In this document: one piece after another, positions 55,038 through 64,000 of the stretch
Layout of the letters: each line of letters starts with the position of its first letter
How positions within the stretch are numbered: the stretch's first letter is position 1
DNA from: Pseudomonadales bacterium
GTDB taxonomy: Bacteria; Pseudomonadota; Gammaproteobacteria; Pseudomonadales; UBA5518
Reading direction: 5' to 3'
DNA: 64,000 nt
Assembly: GCA_022072145.1 (NCBI GenBank)
Contig: JAJVIG010000002.1
Coordinates: forward strand, 7,517-71,516
Position numbers and translations under genes: made by a program
The notes under the pieces: generated by a model
Told to the model about the DNA's origin: nothing
What the model saw: only the letters and a program-made list of their open reading frames with translations
Database searches by the model: none

Positions 55038-55284
55038 GTAGGTTCGGCCTGCGGCCGAACATGTCCCCGTAGGTTCGGCCTGCGGCCGAACAGATGTCCC
55101 CGTAGGTTCGGCCTGCGGCCGAACAGATGTCCCCGTAGGTTCGGCCTGTGGCCGAACAGATGTCCCCGTAGGTTCGGCCTGCGGCCGAACAAATGTCCGG
55201 GCACAGCCCGGACCTACGGCCGAACAAATGTCCGGGCACAGCCCGGACCTACGGCCGAACAAATGTCCGGGCACAGCCCGGACC
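55038..55284. repeat. Largest REP array: five type B units (55038, 55069, 55102, 55135, 55168) followed by three inverted type A units (55195, 55230, 55265)
   Basis: The array was read directly. B units are spaced by ATGTCCCC or AGATGTCCCC. A units are spaced by GGCCGAACAAAT, giving an exact 35-nt period. The last A unit lacks the TAC tail. Confidence 0.9.
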
Positions 55285-55454
55285 GCGAGGAGCATTCTGC
55301 TTCGCTTGGCGACGTATGGCAGCGAGACTATGCTAACCGGCGCGTCCGTGTCTCAAAGCCCCCTCGCACCGGAGTACGCAATGCCGCTCCTGCACCGCGC
55401 CCGTCGCACAGGCACCACCACAGGCAGGCCGTCCCGGGCCCAGTGACCGCCGCG

Positions 55455-60665
<5,211 letters not shown>

Positions 60666-60732
60666 CGTCTGGGCAAGGACCGGACATCGGACAACGAACA
60701 AGAAAGCACGACGGTCGGGGAACGGGTCTGCG

Positions 60733-61911
60733 ATGAGGATCATGCTGGTCGACGACGAACCCTTCGTGCTGAAGCTGCTTGCGCGTCAACTGCACGCAGC
60801 GGGACAGCAGGACATCACGGCATGCGAGTCCGCGTTCGCCGCGCTCGAACGCCTCGGTGGAGCAGAACCACCGGTGGACCTGATCTTCTGCGATCTGCAG
60901 ATGCCGGACATGGACGGCGCCGAGTTCCTGCGCCACCTGGCAGACCGCGCCTATACGGGTTCGCTGATCCTGGTCAGCGGGGAGAGCGAGCGCATCCTGC
61001 GCACTGCAGAGAAGCTCGCGCAGGCGCATCGTCTGCGGGTGCTGGGCGCCCTGGCCAAACCAGTGGAGCCGGCGCAGCTGCGCCGGCTGCTGGCGCAGTG
61101 CACGCCGGGCGGTGCCGCCCCCGCCGGCCTGGCGACAGGCGGCCCGATCGAGGTCGCCGAGTTTGCCGCCGCCATCGCCGCCGGCGAACTCGAGAACCAC
61201 TATCAGCCGAAGATCGACCTCGCGAGCGGGCGCGTCTGCGGCGTCGAGACGCTGGTGCGCTGGCGCCATCCCGAGCACGGACTGATCTTCCCCGACCGCT
61301 TCATCGCGCTGGCCGAGGAAAACGGTCTGATCGATGCGCTGACCGCCGTGGTGCTCGATGCCGCGCTGGCGCAGGGCGAACGGTGGCGCGCCGCCGGGAT
61401 CGACCTTTCGATCGCGATCAACGTGTCGATGGCGAACCTGACGTCGCTGGACTTCCTGGAGCGTGCGTTCCACAGCTTTGCCAACAGCCGCTTCCCGCTG
61501 GACGGTCTGGTGTTCGAAGTGACGGAAAGCCGCCTGATGGCGAACCCGCTGGCGGCGCTGGAGATCCTGACCCGCCTCAGGTTGCGCAACATCGGGCTGT
61601 CGATCGACGATTTCGGCACCGGACACTCCTCGCTGGCGCAGTTGCGCGACGTGCCGTTCAACGAACTGAAGCTCGATCGCAGCTTCATCCATGGCGCCGC
61701 GCACGACGGCGCGCTGCGCGCGATCGCCGAGGGCAGCACGCTGATGGCGCGCCAGCTCGGGATGAAGAGCGTCGCCGAGGGCATCGAGGACGAAGACGAC
61801 TGGGAATTCGTGCGCGCCATGGGTTGCGACCAGGCGCAGGGCTACTTCATCGCCCGTCCGATGCCGGGCGACCGGATCCCGGACCGGATTTCCGGCTGGA
61901 CCTGCCGATAA
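60733..61911 (+). CDS. Response regulator with EAL c-di-GMP phosphodiesterase output (RocR/PvrR-like Rec-EAL)
   Basis: Receiver: MRIMLVDDEPFVLK...LIFCDLQMPDMDG...KP. EAL domain: GVETLVRW (Glu retained), FEVTES, DDFGTGHSSL, KLDRSF, AEGIE, QGYFIARP. Confidence 0.88.
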   Translation: MRIMLVDDEPFVLKLLARQLHAAGQQDITACESAFAALERLGGAEPPVDLIFCDLQMPDMDGAEFLRHLADRAYTGSLILVSGESERILRTAEKLAQAHRLRVLGALAKPVEPAQLRRLLAQCTPGGAAPAGLATGGPIEVAEFAAAIAAGELENHYQPKIDLASGRVCGVETLVRWRHPEHGLIFPDRFIALAEENGLIDALTAVVLDAALAQGERWRAAGIDLSIAINVSMANLTSLDFLERAFHSFANSRFPLDGLVFEVTESRLMANPLAALEILTRLRLRNIGLSIDDFGTGHSSLAQLRDVPFNELKLDRSFIHGAAHDGALRAIAEGSTLMARQLGMKSVAEGIEDEDDWEFVRAMGCDQAQGYFIARPMPGDRIPDRISGWTCR

Positions 61912-61950
61912 GGAGTATCGCTCCTCCCTTGCTTGCCGGGGATACATCCG

Positions 61951-64000
61951 ATGCCGCCGCCGGTCGAATCACCGAATCATGCGCCCGAGCGCCACGCCCG
62001 GCTGTTGCTCGAGCGCGCGCAGGCGATCGCCCACGTCGGCAGCTGGTACTACGAGGCCACCGACGGCCGGTTCACGCTGTCGGACGAGATGTGCAGGTTG
62101 AACGGCATGCCGCCTGGCGCGCGCCCTACGCTGGAGGAATTCGTTGCGCCGGTGCATCCCGGGGACCGGGAGCGCGTGGTCGCCGACGCGCGGGCCGCGG
62201 TCGTGGCGGGTGAAGCATGCGATCTCGAGTTCCGCCTGCGGGTCGACGGACGCACGCGCTGGGTGCGCTTGCAGATCCCGCGTGCCGATGGCTCGCTGAG
62301 GCAATACCCGGGGGATACCCTGGGCGTGCTGCAGGACATCCACGCGAGTCGGGTCACCGAGCTCGCGCTGGCCGCGCTGCACGAGCACCTCGGCGAGGGC
62401 GACTACTTCGAGCACCTGCTGCTCAGGTTGTGCGAGCTGCTCGAGGTCGAGATGGCGGTGATCGCGGTGCGCGAAGGGGCAGAGACCCGTGCGATGCGTG
62501 ATGTCGCGATGGTCATCGACGGCGAGCCCCAGCCGCTGCAGCGATTCGAACTCGACGAGGAGGGGATGCGGTTGATGGCGGCCGGGCAGCCGATCATCCA
62601 TGCGCGCGCGGTGCGGCAGGTATTTCCACACAACCGGACGCTCGCGAGGGTGCGCGCCGAGGGTTACGCCGCGACGCCGCTCTGCGACACCGGCGGCGCC
62701 GGGTTCGGCCTGCTTGCCATCATCGCGCGCCACGCGTTGCACGAGCACGCGCTGATCCTGCGGCTGTTGAAGCTGTTCGCCCAACGCATCGCCTCCGAGA
62801 TCCGCCGTCGCGAACAGGAAGAGCGGCTGCGCGCCAGCGAGGCGCGTTACCGCCGCCTGGTCGAGAACGTTCGCACCGAGTACTTCTTCTTCCGTCACGA
62901 TGCGAACTACAACTGCACCTACGTAAGCCCTTCGGCCGCCACTATCCTGGGTTTTCCGCTGGAGCGGATCGTTCATACGCTTTCGAAATTGCAGCAGGCC
63001 CGCCTCGCCGCCACGGCGCAGGACAGCCAACGCTACATCGACAACATCCGCGCCGGAAACACGCAATCGCTGGTGCAGTTCGAGTTCCCGCGCGCCGACG
63101 GCAGCCCCTGCGTGCTCGAGGTCAGCGCGGTGCCGGTGCACGACGCGCAGGGACGGCTGCTGGGCGGTGAAGGACTGGCGCACGACATCACGCGCCGCCG
63201 GATCGCCGAGCGTGCGCTCGAGGAGCTGAACGGGCAGCTCGAGCAGCGCATCACCGAACGCACGCGCGAACTGCAGGAATCCAATACGCGGCTGGAAGCG
63301 CGCGAGGCCGAGATGTACGCGGCGACCATTGCCGCCGAGGCGGCGAGCCGCGCCAAGTCGGCGTTCCTCGCCACCATGAGCCACGAGATCCGCACGCCGC
63401 TGAACGGCATGATCGGCATGGTCGACGTGCTCGAGCACGGCGGGCTCGATCCCTCGCAGCGCGCGCTGGTGGAGACGGTGCGCGAATCCGGTTTCGCGCT
63501 GCTCGCGATCATCGACGACGTGCTGGACTTCTCGAAGATCGAGGCCGGGCGCATGGACCTCGAGAGCCGGCCGCTCGCTTTGCACGAACTGCTCGACGGC
63601 CTGTTGTCGACCCTGCGCGCGCTGGCGCTGCCACGCAGCGTTGTGGTGCGGCTCGACCTCGATCCGCAGCTTCCGCGCCACGTGGTCGGTGACGCGACAC
63701 GCATCCGCCAGGTGCTGCTGAACATCGGCGGCAACGCGGTGAAGTTCAGCGGCGCCGGGAACGGTGTGGTCACGATCTCGGTGCGCCTCGGGGCGTGCGA
63801 CGACGTGCGCGCGCTGCTCGTGTTCACGATCACCGACAACGGCATCGGCATGGACGAGGCGACGCTGGCGGCGCTGTTCCGCCCGTTCACGCAGGCCGAC
63901 GCCGCGACCACCCGCCGCTTCGGCGGCACCGGGCTCGGACTGTCGATCGCGCACCGGCTGGTGCAACTGATGGGCGGCGATATCCGCGTCGCCAGCCGGC
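61951..64000 (+). CDS. PAS-GAF-PAS sensor histidine kinase (3' end beyond the window; probably hybrid)
   Basis: I translated this by hand. The frame is open from ATG 61951 to the window end. PAS block: AHVGSWYYEATDGRFTLSDEM...VLQDI. H-box: FLATMSHEIRTPLNGMIGM. N/G boxes: LNIGGNAVKF, DNGIGM, GGTGLGLSIAHRL. It is absent from the supplied ORF track because there is no stop inside the window. Confidence 0.85.
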   Translation, partial: MPPPVESPNHAPERHARLLLERAQAIAHVGSWYYEATDGRFTLSDEMCRLNGMPPGARPTLEEFVAPVHPGDRERVVADARAAVVAGEACDLEFRLRVDGRTRWVRLQIPRADGSLRQYPGDTLGVLQDIHASRVTELALAALHEHLGEGDYFEHLLLRLCELLEVEMAVIAVREGAETRAMRDVAMVIDGEPQPLQRFELDEEGMRLMAAGQPIIHARAVRQVFPHNRTLARVRAEGYAATPLCDTGGAGFGLLAIIARHALHEHALILRLLKLFAQRIASEIRRREQEERLRASEARYRRLVENVRTEYFFFRHDANYNCTYVSPSAATILGFPLERIVHTLSKLQQARLAATAQDSQRYIDNIRAGNTQSLVQFEFPRADGSPCVLEVSAVPVHDAQGRLLGGEGLAHDITRRRIAERALEELNGQLEQRITERTRELQESNTRLEAREAEMYAATIAAEAASRAKSAFLATMSHEIRTPLNGMIGMVDVLEHGGLDPSQRALVETVRESGFALLAIIDDVLDFSKIEAGRMDLESRPLALHELLDGLLSTLRALALPRSVVVRLDLDPQLPRHVVGDATRIRQVLLNIGGNAVKFSGAGNGVVTISVRLGACDDVRALLVFTITDNGIGMDEATLAALFRPFTQADAATTRRFGGTGLGLSIAHRLVQLMGGDIRVASR

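Noticed and set aside
55024-55239. N-terminal extensions of ORFs that read through REP clusters. Examples are the LuxR-type ORF to 55239, the enoyl-CoA hydratase ORF to 27277, the VOC ORF from 37300, and small ORFs such as 54602-55204, 36752-37423 and 37230-37565.
   Set aside because: Their translations are periodic (GRTYGDICSA..., FGHRPNLRGHS...) because they translate tandem repeats. Good ribosome-binding sites and family-typical N-termini occur at the downstream starts that I chose.
55038-55284. Regularly spaced 23-nt repeats that superficially resemble a CRISPR array.
   Set aside because: The spacers are only 4-12 nt long and essentially identical to each other (AGATGTCCCC, GGCCGAACAAAT). 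The repeats are self-complementary REP hairpins also found singly at other intergenic sites. There are no cas genes and no leader. I classify it as a REP array.
55330-55446. A 38-codon upstream ORF (MLTGASVSQSPLAPEYAMPLLHRARRTGTTTGRPSRAQ) that ends 8 nt before the kinase start.
   Set aside because: It has no convincing ribosome-binding site, no recognisable motif and only moderate codon bias. It could be a leader peptide, but the sequence alone does not support a call. Ribosome profiling or conservation would be needed.
54543-55454. The N-terminal 304 codons of the listed 2040-aa ORF for the hybrid kinase.
   Set aside because: This part runs antisense through the LuxR-type gene and then straight through the REP array, giving the repeated translation RRFGLRPNRCP. 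The first membrane-domain residues begin at ATG 55455 (GTG 55443 is also possible).

Overview
This is a high-GC (about two-thirds G+C by eye) proteobacterial chromosomal segment. Real reading frames show a very strong G/C preference at codon position 3. I support about 45 protein-coding genes on both strands. I recognised no rRNA, tRNA, CRISPR array, transposase, integrase or phage gene.

Gene order:
- modBC, an orphan RTX calcium-binding repeat protein, a vapBC toxin-antitoxin pair, a TonB-dependent receptor, putA and argS.
- A group II PLP decarboxylase, an SLC13 transporter with TrkA_C domains, yciH, an EamA transporter, a P-type ATPase, an SDR and an HDOD protein.
- An orphan PotD-like binding protein coupled to a Cache-HAMP-GGDEF-EAL protein (NspS/MbaA-like).
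- An enoyl-CoA hydratase and a methyltransferase.
- A four-gene envelope module: BNR/YCF48-like, RND/MMPL, DUF1302 and DUF1329.
- DUF385, murI, a CitE-like lyase, a VOC protein, USP-Kef and GlsB.
- An amine catabolic cluster: APC permease, SpuC-like aminotransferase, PuuD, an embedded TonB-dependent receptor and a PuuA-like ligase.
- A secreted amidohydrolase, an OPT transporter and DUF885.
- A signalling locus: a LuxR-type regulator, a 1736-aa MASE1-CHASE-PAS hybrid kinase, a Rec-EAL regulator, and a PAS-GAF-PAS kinase that runs off the window and is missing from the supplied ORF track.

The main non-genic structure is a family of 23-nt GTAG-headed REP hairpins. About 24 copies lie in 7 intergenic sites. 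They form two subfamilies that differ by fully compensated stem changes and always sit in opposite orientation. They also build phased arrays, and the largest array fills a divergent promoter region.

Many long ORFs in the six-frame track are shadow ORFs antisense to real genes, or read-through of REP arrays, and were rejected. No single clearly novel system can be proven from sequence alone. The best candidates are the REP A/B system, the DUF1302/DUF1329/BNR/RND module, the TonB-receptor-containing gamma-glutamyl amine cluster and the binding-protein-coupled c-di-GMP module.
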